A DNA stretch of 63,456 nt, the filler included, from Hausera hauseri (Eukaryota), in assembly GCA_046269625.1 (NCBI GenBank). It is 10 parts of 10 records of this genome, joined end to end, with 100 filler letters (N's around TTAATTAATTAA, not from the genome) between each part and the next. Parts side by side here need not be neighbours in the genome. Positions count along the whole stretch, not along the records: positions 48,282 to 54,131 come from JBJURY010179861.1; positions 54,232 to 63,456 come from JBJURY010424364.1; 8 more parts are not named here. One strand, 5' to 3'. A program made the translations under genes and the position numbers. The notes below the pieces were generated by a model. The model saw only the letters and a program-made list of their open reading frames with translations, did not search any database and had not been told where the DNA came from. Every line of letters begins with the position of its first letter. The stretch's first letter is position 1. Positions 49,057 through 62,230 of the stretch are shown piece by piece.

Positions 49057-52000
49057 ATTAAGGGGTTTGGGGTTGATATACTACTTCTCTTCTGATATTA
49101 TGGATTAACTTCCAAGCTTTATTATTTTCATTTTTGCCGTAGGTAATGTTTGCGACAGATTTCACATCACTTCTCCTTTTCGGCTGTTCTCATTATAAGT
49201 TTAACCTTTGCAAATCTCCTGTCAAATATGATTTTATCATTTTGCTCTACCCCTTTTCTCTGAATGCAGCTTGTATTTCAACATTCCATAAGTGACGATA
49301 ATTCCTTATAGAACCTCTTCGAATAGCTTTAGTTGTGGCACTGAGAATGGTGTGAGTTTTCAGTCTGTTACATGTCTCTGCTTCATTGGTGTCCATTGTT
49401 GTACTAATGGTCCACGGTCTCCTCGTACAGTTTCCAATCCGCTTTGTTGAAATTACACCTTGTTTGTGGATTAAGCTGTGTCTTCTTGGGTGTAGGAGAG
49501 TTTATGTTTACTGTCAATGTTATCAAATAACTATATGCAGCGAGAGTGTATGTCATCATATGAATATTTTATATATCAGATGAATAGTTTGTCAAATCGG
49601 ACCGACTTAATGAGAGGTGGGCTCTGCGTAGTAGAGTTGGTAGTGATGGTAAAACAGTCAGATTTGTTGTCTAGCATAGCTCTTCAATGGTCTTTCCTGT
49701 GGCATTAATCTTCGTAATCCCACTGAAGTGAATGCCCACTGAAATCACCAGCTATAATTGTGTTACGATGGTCTGTTTCATTCAGTTCAGGTATTAATGC
49801 ATGATGTTCCGAAGGTGGTGGTAAGGTGGGGTTGGGGGATATACGTTAATGATGGTATATTTGCGTCCCTCAAGGCAGACTGGAGCTTTCTTAGTTACGG
49901 TAGGTTCTGCTGTGTTTGCTTGCTTAACATCACCTTGACTATCACTTCAAATATATGTAATTATTCTTCTACAGTTGCTACACTTGCTTGCGTAGCCTGT
50001 TTATCCTGATTTACGTATATTTGAATTCTTATGCAGTGTTTCCTGTATTAAAGCTATGTGCACATGATGTACATGTCGTCCTTTGGTTAGTTGTGTTTTC
50101 GTGTTCTTGATATCACAAAGCTTTATCAGTAGCATGTTTGTGTTTCTTTCCTGACCTTTCTCACACATTTATTCTTGCGAGACCATTTTCAGTTTATGAA
50201 CTGACTGAGGTTGGTTTCTTGAAGTTTTTCCAGGCGCTCACTTTTCGCACATATTAGCATCGTTGCATGGTTGCTCACTAACTAGCGCGGATCTTGTTGA
50301 ACGAGTGACGTCCTAGCTCGCAAATTTTCTCCGCCATTATAGTCATTATAGTCACCAGTTTTGCAACTCCCTTCTTTCAGCCTTGGAGTCACGGAATGAT
50401 TCACATCTACCCATTCCCCGCTCTTTATTGTCTTCCGGGACGCTATTTCAATAGTTAGGCGTTAAGCACTTCAGCAATGCGACCATAAAGTTAGACAATG
50501 CGAACGGGTCGTCGCGTTCTGTGTCAATTCTATCTGTGCTAGTAGTCCACAGTACTGATGTTTGTAAGTTGCAGCTTCCAGCTCGATTCTTTGATATTCC
50601 TGGCCTTCCGATGTACATCCCAGGTGTTCAAATTAAAAGGGATTCTGGGAAATTATCCCATCCACATGGGGTTAATACATGAAGGAGTGAATGGAGCAAA
50701 TACCTGTTGATAAAAAGTAAAACCCAAGGGGAATGAGGCTGGAAATGGTGATGAATGTATCGTATACCATAAGCCCGTGGAATCTGCATACTGCATTTTA
50801 AGGGGGATAACCTCCTCCGTTTTCTAGTTATACCGCTGGACACGCGGTCGTCCCCAAAACCAACTTTGCAAAAATATGGGCACCTGGAGTAGATCTGGAT
50901 TTGGACACAGTAATGAAGGAGAGGCCGTAATATATTAGCTCGCAGTGTATTTAGTGTACGTACTGGCGCCAGAACAGTCACTACAAGTAGCGATGAAAGG
51001 CTATAGTAATCGCGTTACCACCTATTGGCAAGTTCACATTTTTAGTGTCTGCTCCACTACTATTTTGTTAAGATCATTACTATCCCTTTTGCAGCTCATA
51101 CTGAGGGTAAAGCATTTTTTATATTGTGTTGACATCCTCAATTTTAATGCATCTTGGTATAATTTAGAAAGGAAACTATTATAGAATATTAATCTCTTTT
51201 GCACTTGTTAAGATCAGTGTAACCCGTTCAAGGTTCATGATTTAAATTAAAGATGTCTTCAATTTTAACGGGACGTGGCGTTACGTTTAAAGCGAGTTAC
51301 ATGATGGAGTAATTTACGTTTTTGTTTCCAACAGTGGCGTGTCTTGAAAAAACATTGTAATGGGTGAACCAACAAAATGGTTCTTGGACATGAAGATTTG
51401 TCCTAACTGTGGAGATATCTGGATTAATCGATGATTCTGTACTTGCACTGAACATAAAAAACACACCACACTGCCCTCCGCTCCACTAATTAGTAACCAT
51501 GCATGCAGTCCTATGATGTACAGCTGTCGTAATTATCCGATGTCTAATCGGCTTGCCTCCTCCGCATCCTCCTACTACTGCTACTACTACTACTACTATT
51601 ACTATTACTATTAATACTACTAATATTTTTACTACTAAATCCTGTTGGTTCCAATAACGGAACACAGTGTTAATGTCACCATCACAGTAAATCTCATTTT
51701 CTAATGAATTTATCATTATCATCTTCAGTGATATCTTTGTTGTATTAATTTATTTATCTGGAGTCCGTTTCCATGTTGGTGTTGGTCTCCTGACGCTCGC
51801 CTTTCTCCAGGTTGGTGTTGGTCTCCCAACGCTCGCCTTTCTCAAGGTTGGTATTGGTCAGTAGTGTAAGGCGTGCATTTGGGTTATTATTTCTGGGTGA
51901 GCGATGGGTGAGAATATATACCGTATATAAGAAATACCAGCTCACCCATTATTTACCGTATATAAGAAACTCGCTCGCCCATCTGATGATAAGGGGGAAC

Positions 52001-52539
52001 TACTCTGTAAGGAAAATGTTTTAAGGGGGAGATAAATCTTGTATTTTTTTGTTTTTTATTTACGTAATTAATTAGCTAATTAGGTGTTTTGTAAAATTTA
52101 ATTTTTTTTATAATAATAATTATCTATAGGTGTAATAATTGATGTCGTCTGAAGGTGGTGGGGTCGGCCGCAGAGGCTGGGGTAGGTTGCTGTGAGGTCC
52201 CCTGAGCAGCCGGTAGATCGCCGGTAATTAATTAATTTTTTTAATTAGGTAATTATGGTATAATTATGTTTTGTAAGAGCGAGGCAGCCATCCTGTCGGG
52301 GTAAGGGGCGTGATTAAGACCGAATCAGCGGGTTTTTCTTCATCATCATTCTTTGTGATGACGTAATTTCTTTAATTACGTGCAGTAAGGGGTTGTGGTG
52401 GGGCCGTGTCTTTGTATCGGTAGTGTGTTTGGTATCGTCAGGTGCCGTGGGGCGTGGGTCAAGGCTATTTTCTTTTAATGTCGTGGTTCTCAAAGGGGTT
52501 GGGGGTGGTGTAGGTCGGTTTCTTTGTGTTTGGGGGTGA

Positions 52540-52960
52540 TATTTTCTGTTGCGGGCGTGTTTCTTAGGGGTATTGCCGGTGGTTTAGGGCGACTTCGTTG
52601 CGCTTGTGGATGTTTCTGGGAGCGAGTCGGGGTATGGGACGGTGAGATTTTCTGTTACGGGCGTGTTTCTTAAGGATACTGCTGCTGGTTTAGAGCGACT
52701 TTGTCGCGCTTGTGGACGTTTTTGAGAGCGAGTCGTGGCAAGGAACGGCGATACTTTCTGTTAAAGTCGCATTTCTTACGGTTGCGAGTGTGGTTTAGGG
52801 CAACGTTTACATGTTTAGGGACACGTAAGTGGGGCTATTTTTCTATTACAGTCGCTTTTCTTAGAGTGCTGCCGGTGGTTTTGGTCGACTTCCTCGTGCT
52901 TGTGCGAGTTTTTGCGAGTCGGGGCAAGGAACGGCGAGATTTGGTGGTAAAGTCGCATTT
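52540..52960. repeat. ~105-bp diverged tandem repeat (about 4 units)
   Basis: Units begin tttctgtt.c.g.cg..tttctta at ~52543, 52648, 52755 and 52840. Confidence 0.7.
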
Positions 52961-54231
52961 AATACAAAGACACGAGAAACTATTTATATACGGTAAACGT
53001 AATGAAAACAAATAAGCAATATTTAGATTTCTGTTTTCTTAATTATTGATAAATTTGTTTGTACAGTGTTATGTGGAGACATGTACCGAAATTACATCTT
53101 TGTAATAGTTCACAAAAAAGTGCAAGTAATGGAAGCTTGGCTAAAAGGTGTGGTAATGTAGCAAAGCAGACGCCACGTTTTTAATAATGATTACAGTGAG
53201 CACGGATTCGTCATTTGTCACGAATTGTCTGTTTCTGGAGTTACGACTTGTTTAAGTCTCGAAAACCAAATCTAGGTGTAGATTCGGCATTAAGTAGATA
53301 AGATTAAATTGTCAAAACAAAACTAGCAAGAAGGACAAGTTCTATCAGTTTGGCTGGACATACTGGCCAGAAACATACAGAAACAATATAGAAAAATTGT
53401 AAGATCTCATACCAGACAGTCATATTCCCGCAAGCCAATAAGGAGGTAGAATTGCTCTTCAGTAGTGAGTCCAAAAAAGGGAGAAGACTGTTGTGGATTT
53501 TGAGGTGAATGCCGCACAAACGAAGAGCCACGGGAAGTAGAGAAGGTAATTATATTGTCTAGCTACTGACTACATATGTAAAATCGATGTCACTGGTGTC
53601 ACTTAGATTCGCTGGTTTCAAGCATAGTCTGGACTAGGACTTCGAACACAACTGGCCACGCTTCATACGTCGAATGAACCATCAAGAACTGGCTAAGGAT
53701 ATGCTAATTTACTAGTACATTTTTCCTGCTACACACAAAATTGTTATTGCTTACTTGTTTTTTCCTGGAGTCCATGAGTCAGAGTCCGTCATGGCTGCGT
53801 ATGTGTATTTACTTAGAAATAACAGTTCGAGAGGAGGTGAAACTCTCCAGGCAGGAGGACACTGTCACTTTGCTTGAGCAGCCCGCATTACGAACTACGT
53901 TTCTTCAGCGTATGCTGATTCAAGAAAATTCATGGATTTCTCCGAATGTATAATATATGTAGTTGTCTAGCTAAATCACATTCAAGTACCCTTATGATAC
54001 CCAACCTAAACAGCAAATTTGACCCCTTTAATGAACCGACATGTCACTAAACATGAAGAAGACCCCTTGAATCGCCATCATCACCCTTAAGAAACACGAC
54101 CTTACTATAAAAATATGTCCCTTAAATGTTCNNNNNNNNNNNNNNNNNNNNNNNNNNNNNNNNNNNNNNNNNNNNTTAATTAATTAANNNNNNNNNNNNN
54201 NNNNNNNNNNNNNNNNNNNNNNNNNNNNNNN

Positions 54232-56320
54232 ACGATACTAAATGATATATATAAAATGATTGAAGAAACAAAATTTATGCGAAAGCGGAATGCGACTTGC
54301 GATTTCCATCCGCGGTTGAGAGATGTCCGCCTGGAAGGAATACGATGGTTGATATCTAAACCTATTGAATAAATATCGATCAGAGATCTTAAAACCTTAG
54401 ATTTTTGTCCCGAAAATCGGTCAATCGTTGAAGAAACGGTGAAATTCTTACACCAGCCACAAGGATAGATGGACGGAACGAATCAAAGGCATCATGCCGA
54501 ACTAATTAAAATAAAGAACGACCGCCAGCTTAATTTTGAAGAGACCAAATTTGTAAAGAAATTCTTAGACGCAATCGATCCGGATTTAAAGAGTATTAAC
54601 GAGATGTACGAATTAGCATTATTAATGGCGAAATTGTCAGAAATTAATGACGAAAAATTAAGACAATTGTTGCAACAAATACAACATGTCGAAGAAACTT
54701 GCATTATGACAAAACAGAGAGCGATGAGATTAAACGAACTAGCTAAAGAACTCGAAGCCTATAAAAGCAAATACGCCCTTACAGAAGCCGAAAAAGCTGA
54801 CAAGTTACAATTCATTCAAAGATGGCAAAGAGATGTCACATCTGAGCTAACGAAATATCAAGAAAAAGGGCTAATTTCACGCAAAGAATTATGTTCGTTG
54901 TTAACATTGCTCCACCAAACGTCCGCTAATGGACGATGTTTTCGAACGACGAAAATGATCTAAATACAACAAAAACTACAAGAACTCAGAAAAATTACGT
55001 GGACCGCAGGTGCAGACCGGTCAACTGGTACACCATTGAGGAGCTATCTACTGCCGGATAATGAAAATAAACTAGATTGGGAAGCCTATTTAGACACAAT
55101 AATTGCCGAGAATCCGAAAACCCCAATACGATTAGAGCAAATGGAGATATATTCTCCGGACCAAAGGTTCAACGTCGAAATGCTTCTGGACCCGGTACAG
55201 ACCGAGAAAGATTTAAATCAATTAATTGAAGTGAACCTCACCGAAAATCAACTAAGACACCTAGTTCCCACTTTAACTAAACTAGCTAGCAAAGGTACGA
55301 CTTCTAGTACGGTACCTAAGCTTTTACTGAAGGAATATGCTAAAATCTTAAAGCAAAGGCAGAGGAAATGATCCCAGTAAAGATAGTATCGGACTGGATA
55401 GACGAAAAGGAACAAGAGTTCACTACGCACTCCCTTGTAAAGGATGTATTACTGTGGATAAAGAATAACGGATACGCCCATGAGCTGAGCTATAGACTTT
55501 ATTTCCGAGGGAGGGTACTACACGAGTAGGAATTATTAATAAAAGTCGGAATTATCCCAGGTGAAATAAACCGGTTAGTGGTAATCACCACTATCGACGA
55601 AACAAAAGAAGAGGCCTTAAGGAAGGCTAAGGCCGAACAGCAGGTAGGACGAATAATAGGAGTCCGAAATGCAGCAGTATATTTCGAGTACCTACAAACG
55701 AATGAAGATAATGAGCAATGTGATAAAAATTTAGTACCGATCGATGGCAGTATACCTGTTGTAACAAAACAGAAGCGCCCTGTCGGTAGGCCACGGAAGA
55801 TATGAGAAGAAATCGACTATATTAGAGACTTAATTAGGGAATTGAAGCAGATGTCCATACCGACCGTTAGCGCGGATAATAAGGAACTAAACGAAATTAT
55901 GAAAAATTTGATACGAATAGTAAACCACTCTAACCTCGGTGGTGATATATTAGACGAGAAGGGGAAGGCCATAGCAGATGCCGCAAAGGCCATGAAGATC
56001 CTTCGGTGTAAATCGACCAAAAAGTACTTTAAGCGATGAAATGATAATCGAGAAAATTATGGTAGAAAATACCTTAAAGGAACTGAGAAAAGTGTTGCTA
56101 TATCTGGCCATCAAAACCAATCCGAATAGAGAAAATGAATTTAACAAGGCTATTAGTTTAACAAGAAAGGCTGACAGGAAAATACCTCGAGAAGTGAATT
56201 GGTCTACGTTATTCGAAAAAGAGGAAGAACATCAGAGTGGATTCTTCTTCCATAACAATAGATTCGGAGATCTGCTACGAAATATAACTGGAAATCGCAG
56301 AGGAAATGAGTCAAAGTGGT
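54232..56320 (+). pseudogene. Unknown polyprotein region upstream of the glycoprotein (helical/coiled-coil domain, ubiquitin-like domain, basic linker)
   Basis: Long reading frame broken by isolated stops and 2 frameshifts; homologous to 37639-38016 (minus strand). Confidence 0.6.
55368..55586 (+). pseudogene. Ubiquitin-like domain (one in-frame stop)
   Basis: LVKDVLLWIKNNGYAHELSYRLYFRGRVLHE*ELLIKVGIIPGEINRLVV aligns without gaps to ubiquitin residues 22-71. Confidence 0.55.
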
Positions 56321-58110
56321 TAATTAACTTTTTGACTCTGATGATGTTAATAAGACAAATGGGCCAAAAATATTCGTTAACGGACTTGGACATGTGCAAA
56401 GATGTGAGGCCCCACAGATTAGAAACAAAAGAGAAAAGTTATATATTATATCAACAACGCGAAATAGTTACCTTGGGTGGAGTACAATGTATGTTGTGGC
56501 GATCTAGCAGCATTTTTCATTGTGGACTGGTACATGGACACTCGTCAATAATTAAGCCAACAACCCCATTAATTACGATGAATTTAGAACGTCAGCATTG
56601 CAAGCAAGTTACAGAAACGGGGCGAATAAAATGGGACGGTATGGAACTGGAAATGCAGCAAGGGAAAATAATAAGAGTGTATAAAGTAGCTGCAGGAAAG
56701 CTGGACATGCAAACCGAACATTGTTATGGTGCGGAATACGATACCGGAAAGGGATTAGAGTCAAACGTCGTGGTAGTGGATTTTTACGAAACCGAAATGC
56801 GTATTCAGAAAGTGATGTTTCATAGCGTTACTAAACTTTACACCGAGAACCACAAGTGCCACATTCGGGATGGCACATGCATGTTTCGAAGTTCTGTAGT
56901 AATTTGTGAACCTCCAGCAAAGACCGATTGCAACTTTATCAGAATTAAAGATCTTAAGTTCAACGAGACGACAGGAAAACGATACATAAATAGCACGAAA
57001 ACTAACTCTAAAACACGAAAAGATGTAGCCGAACAGTCCACACCTACTATACTAATTTCTGATACTTATGGATTAAAATTTGTAAAGAAAGCTATGCTCA
57101 CAAGATGGGACGTCGTAATTTATGCTACCAACTACGAAGCATTTTTCGTAGCCGTGACAGAAATAAACGCCAGAACGTTCAAACTCGAGACTCAGGATAT
57201 CCGGATTGAAGACTATTTGAAGAACAGAGACGACTATTTCTACTATAAACGACAAGCCGGAATAGCCGTGTTATACCACAAAATGATAACAAAAGACTGC
57301 AAATTGGATTTGGAAATCATGAGAACTAAACTAGCTCTAATATACGCAAATTCGGAGTTGGAATCACCAATAATTCCGATGAAGGAAGGTGTTTATGGAC
57401 GAGTAACAGGAGAGGTCCTATTGACGTATGAGTGTAAGAAGAAAGACGTACCGATTAATGTGGAAGAGAAGAGGTGCATACAAGAACTTCCAGTAATATA
57501 TCAGGACGTACCGAGATTAGTAACACCAATTACAAGAGTAATATTGGCTAATGCTACTCAACCGAGGATTTTAAGAGACTGTAAAACCAGGTTAGGAGAG
57601 CCGATGTTCAGACGTAGCGAGACCGACTGGGTAAGTTTACCGAACGGTTGTATTATCGCAGCACCTACCAAACTGACAGGAACAAACCTCATAAAAGGAA
57701 TAACCGATGGTAAATTTCAAGATACAGCCGCAAAAGGTATTTACCGACCAAAAGAAGTAGAGGCGTTTAGACAATTTCTCGCTTTTCCCCTCCAACGTAC
57801 ATATGAATTAAACAGAGCGATGCATACAATATTAGAGGACTCGCGCTATTAGGCAAAATGGGAATCATTACTTGGCGTTGGTTATTACAAGAAGGTAACT
57901 ACAGAAATATTATACAAAATGTGTGGAAGATTCCTGATATTCGGACAAGCCGCGTCACGATTTCTAGCGATATATTTCTTAATTCAACTGGTAAAAGCTA
58001 TAATTCAAGCAATTATAAATGAATACGGGATATTCACCTTGGCTGGATTTTCGTGCAAAATTTTAGCTACTATTATTACTCCTTTTGGAAAATTCTTAAA
58101 AGCTTATGAA
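56320..58110 (+). pseudogene. Chuvirus-like class III fusion glycoprotein, copy B (within ORF 56041-57852 plus in-frame 57853-58270)
   Basis: Internal hydrophobic signal WLINFLTLMMLI, Cys-rich ectodomain (IFHCGLVHGHSS, GEVLLTYEC, CIQELPVIY..LVTPITRVI, KGIY), N-x-T sequons, C-terminal TM; single stop at 57850 where copy A has Gln. Confidence 0.78.
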
Positions 58111-58631
58111 GAGAGTAAATGGAAAACGGATGTGGAGCGACATGTTGGCTACCATAATCGAAAACGTAAAAGACACATATTCGATTATAGACAGAAATTC
58201 ATAGTCAGTAAGACACGAAGAAATAATTCCGATGACGACGAGCCTAAGGGAGGAGATGTCATCCCAGGCCAAGCAGGCACAAAAACTACTATGTTATGAA
58301 ACTACCATTATCAATATTCCCGCCAACGGCACTTATATATAAAGACTGCGACAAACAGTCTATGAGCTCGTACCAGGCAGACATTTATCGGAAGCCGTTT
58401 AGTTTAGAGGATCCTTACAAAGGAACAAAACGCTACGGGATATTACGCAAAATCCACGAAACATAGAGGACCTCGGCTCCACGCCATAAATCAGCGGTCG
58501 ACGACCACGATATAATTTACTCACCTAGAATATCTAAGCCAAACGAAACGCAATTTACGCGAAGCTGTGAGGCACGAATTCTTCGAAACCCAGATGTTCA
58601 GCCGCCAGTTAGAAACCAAAGAGTAAAAAAG

Positions 58632-61600
58632 GTGAATAAAACGAATAACGAACTATACCCAATTGGAGAGTTAAGACAATTAGTCGATCATCCAGTTAGA
58701 ACCACTGAAGTTACCATCAACGGCTACAAAGTGTCTACGATACGACAACCCAAGATAGCACCAAGCTATTACGGTACAGTAATCGAAGGCAGATCCTTTC
58801 CAAAGATTCAGTTGGACGATTGGGAGGCTTATGCACTAATAGATATAAGTTCTGAAATATCACTGATAAAATTTGATTTGATACCACAATTCTTACGGAA
58901 ACAATTATATCCACCTACTACGACAGACCTAGGAAGCATTGGAGCTTTCGGACAATCCTCGAAGAGTAAATTCCGATAGAAACCAGAAATTCACATAATG
59001 GGACAATCTTTTCGTCATGAATTCTCAGTAATGGAGCAATTAGCAGATGATGTAGTGTTAGGATGTGACTTACTAAGACAATTACCCAATATAGCAATGG
59101 ATTTCAATGCAGGCAAGTTGATAGAAATTGGCCCAATAAAAGGAGTCAAAACTACCAAAGATAGAAAATTTGGAGAGATGTGGATTCCCGTAGACGAAAC
59201 CATATCACCCAGGACAGAAATTCTAATATATGCTCAGATACGTCAGGATGACGATCAGCCAATATATTTCGAACCAAAGGAATCGCTTGATCCAAACCTC
59301 GTGTTCAGCAATGTTTTGACAAAAGTACCAACAGGCCGTGTGCCAATCAGAATAGCAAATAACGCACCAACTCCGATTAAACTGTACGCCATTACCACTT
59401 TGGGACACACGTGTATAGTATCATCAATCACTATTGAGGAAAAACCGTATAAGGATGCCAAATTTCCGCCCCACGTGGAGACTAAGTTTTCAGCAGAATC
59501 ATATTGTCTATTTTACGAATTACTCTGTCGTTATAGTTCGATTATCGCGAGAGATGAAGAAGACATTGGCCGAGCCAAAACCTTTAGGCTTACAATTTCG
59601 CTTAAGAAAAAGCCCGGATCTAACGACGAAATAGACTTAGAGGATCAAAAGATGCCGAAATGGTACCCTCCTCTACATTCATTAAGGCCAGAAATGACCA
59701 AAGAGGTTGAACGGATGTTAAAAGCCGACATAATTAGACCAAGCTATAAATCTTGTTATTCACCGATACTGATGGTTAAGAAGAAAGGTACAGTAAACAC
59801 CGATTTTGTATCGACTATTGAGCGTTAAATACACTTATGATGAAGGACTCTTTTCCGTTACCATCGATAAAAGAAGCTTTAAACAGGCTTTCAAGAGCCA
59901 AATGGTTTACCACTCTAGATTTAATATCTGGATATTGGCAAGTAGAGATAGAGGAGGAAGATCGTTACAAAACGGCATTTAAGACACACGACGGTGTATA
60001 CGAATTTAATGTTATGCTATTTGGAATAACTACCGGACCAGCCATTTTTACGCCCATGATGAATAAGATGCTATCGGGACTGGAACACGCGTTCGCCTAT
60101 TTAGATGACGTTATGATTCCCTCGAAAACGGAAGACAAACATTTAAAGGATATTGAAGGTACACTCATGAGGCTGGAACAATCTGGATTAAAATTAAATC
60201 CAAAGAAATGCATAGAGACTCAGAATGTTGTATCTTACCTTGGACATATAGTCGGAGAAGGAGGATCGAAGCCGGATAAGTCATTATTAAGTAAGATATC
60301 GGATTGTATGGAACCTCAGAATTAGAAGAAATTAAGACACTGGTTAGGGTTGTGTGCGTATTATGCTACTTACGTGCCAGACAATGCGAAGATAAACGCA
60401 CCTCTGTATCATTTACTTAAAAAAGGGATCAAATGGAAATGGACCGATATAGAACAAAAAGCTTTTGACGAAATGAAAAAAATTCTGACTAGTGAACATG
60501 TTTTAAGATATTCTGACTTCGACCTACCATTCATAATCAAAACAGACGCCAGTAAGGAAGGTATCGGATATAAATTAGCTCAGAAACGATAGTATGAGGA
60601 CGTTCTCTAAAGAAAGCTGAGAAGAATTATTCCGTAACAGAGTTGGAAACATTGGCAGTAAAAGAAGAACTGCGACATTTTAACGTATACGTCTATGGAC
60701 AATATTATAATCCTTACTGATCATAAAGCAGTTACGACTTTGAAAGGTAGAGCAAAAATCCAACGTGTAGACTAAACAGATGGATAGATGAAATTTCACG
60801 TTATAATATTGAATTCCAATGCAAGCCCGGAAATAAACACATCGACGCCGTTGCCTTATCGAAATTTGAAACTAAAACAAGCGCAGTTACTGTAATGAGG
60901 AAAACACACCTCGAAGAATTAGTAGATAGACAGCGGACTCTCGTGTTGGATAAAGCATTAAAGATTGCTGTCAAACAGAGTAAAGACAAAGTTATGCAGC
61001 AAATTATCAAGTACGTTGATACCAACGTAACACCAAAGGGTCATCAGTTACGGAAACACCTACGACGATATGGTCACAGGTACTGCGTCACTGGAGATTT
61101 GAACCACGAAAATGTGTTATACTACGAACGAAAAAGACGAAAATTTTTAGTCATACCAAAAGGATTGCGTTCAGAAGTATTAATGGCTGAACACGATTCG
61201 TATTTAGCCGGACACATGTCGTGGAAAAAGACCTAGAAAGAATCTTGAATAAATATTATTGGCCAAGCATTTACATTGATGTGAGAAATTGGGTAAATGT
61301 TTGCGATGTATGCGCAACCAAACAAAGGAAAGTGAAAAACTACGTCGCCTAACTTAAACCTATCGACGTTCCCGATAGACCAATGCAAGCAATGTCTATG
61401 GATATTGTAGAGCCATTACATACAACTCATATGATCAACAAATACATTTTGACCTGTGTAGATCGATTGACTCATTTCGTCGAGCGTATAGCGTTATTAG
61501 ACCAAAAGGCCAAGACCTTGGCAGAAGCCGTAGTCCGGAAAATCATTTGCACATACGGCCACCCGAAAAAATCTTGACAGATCGCGGAAGAAACTTTACA

Positions 61601-62163
61601 AGCGAATTGTTCGATAACATTACCAAAATTTTTGAGATTGAACGATTAACTATCACAGATTATCATCCAAAATGTAATGGAATGGTCGAACGAATGAACG
61701 CGACAGTTATACAAATCTTATCGACAGTAGTCGCAAAAGACCAGAAAGATTGGGATGAGTTCTTAGAAGATGCACAGTTTGCTATTAGTACTACTCCACA
61801 TCGTGCGACAGGATTCACTCCATTTTTATGATGTACGGAAGAGAAGCTGCGCTTCCTACAGATCTAGGACTCATTCCATATACAACACAAACGGAGGATT
61901 TAGAGCAAAATTTTGTCGAAGTATTACAATCAAGATTGCACAAGTGTTGGGAGATAGCCAAGGAATTATCTAAAGAATACCAGGAACAATTCAAGAAGCA
62001 ATACGATAAGACAGCTAAACCTCACGATTTAGAACCCAGAAACTGGGTTTATGTACACTATCCAGTAGCAAAGAAAGGCACATCTCTGATGCTTACTAGG
62101 ACAGACAGAGGATCTTATAAGGTTACTAAGGTTACACCAACCAGTTTACATAAAGAAAAGTAA
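58632..62163 (+). pseudogene. Gypsy pol (PR, spacer, RT, RNase H, integrase), copy B
   Basis: ALIDISSEIS (decayed DTG), LDLISGYWQ, YLDD, IKTDAS, HDS..AGH..CDVC, MDIVEP, TDRGRNF, YHPKCNGMVERMN; RT-RH-IN order is Gypsy-type. Confidence 0.93.
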
Positions 62164-62230
62164 CATGGAATAGTTCATATCAATTCAGTGAGTAGTTAAG
62201 ACGGAAATAAGACCAGATAAACGCTATAAT

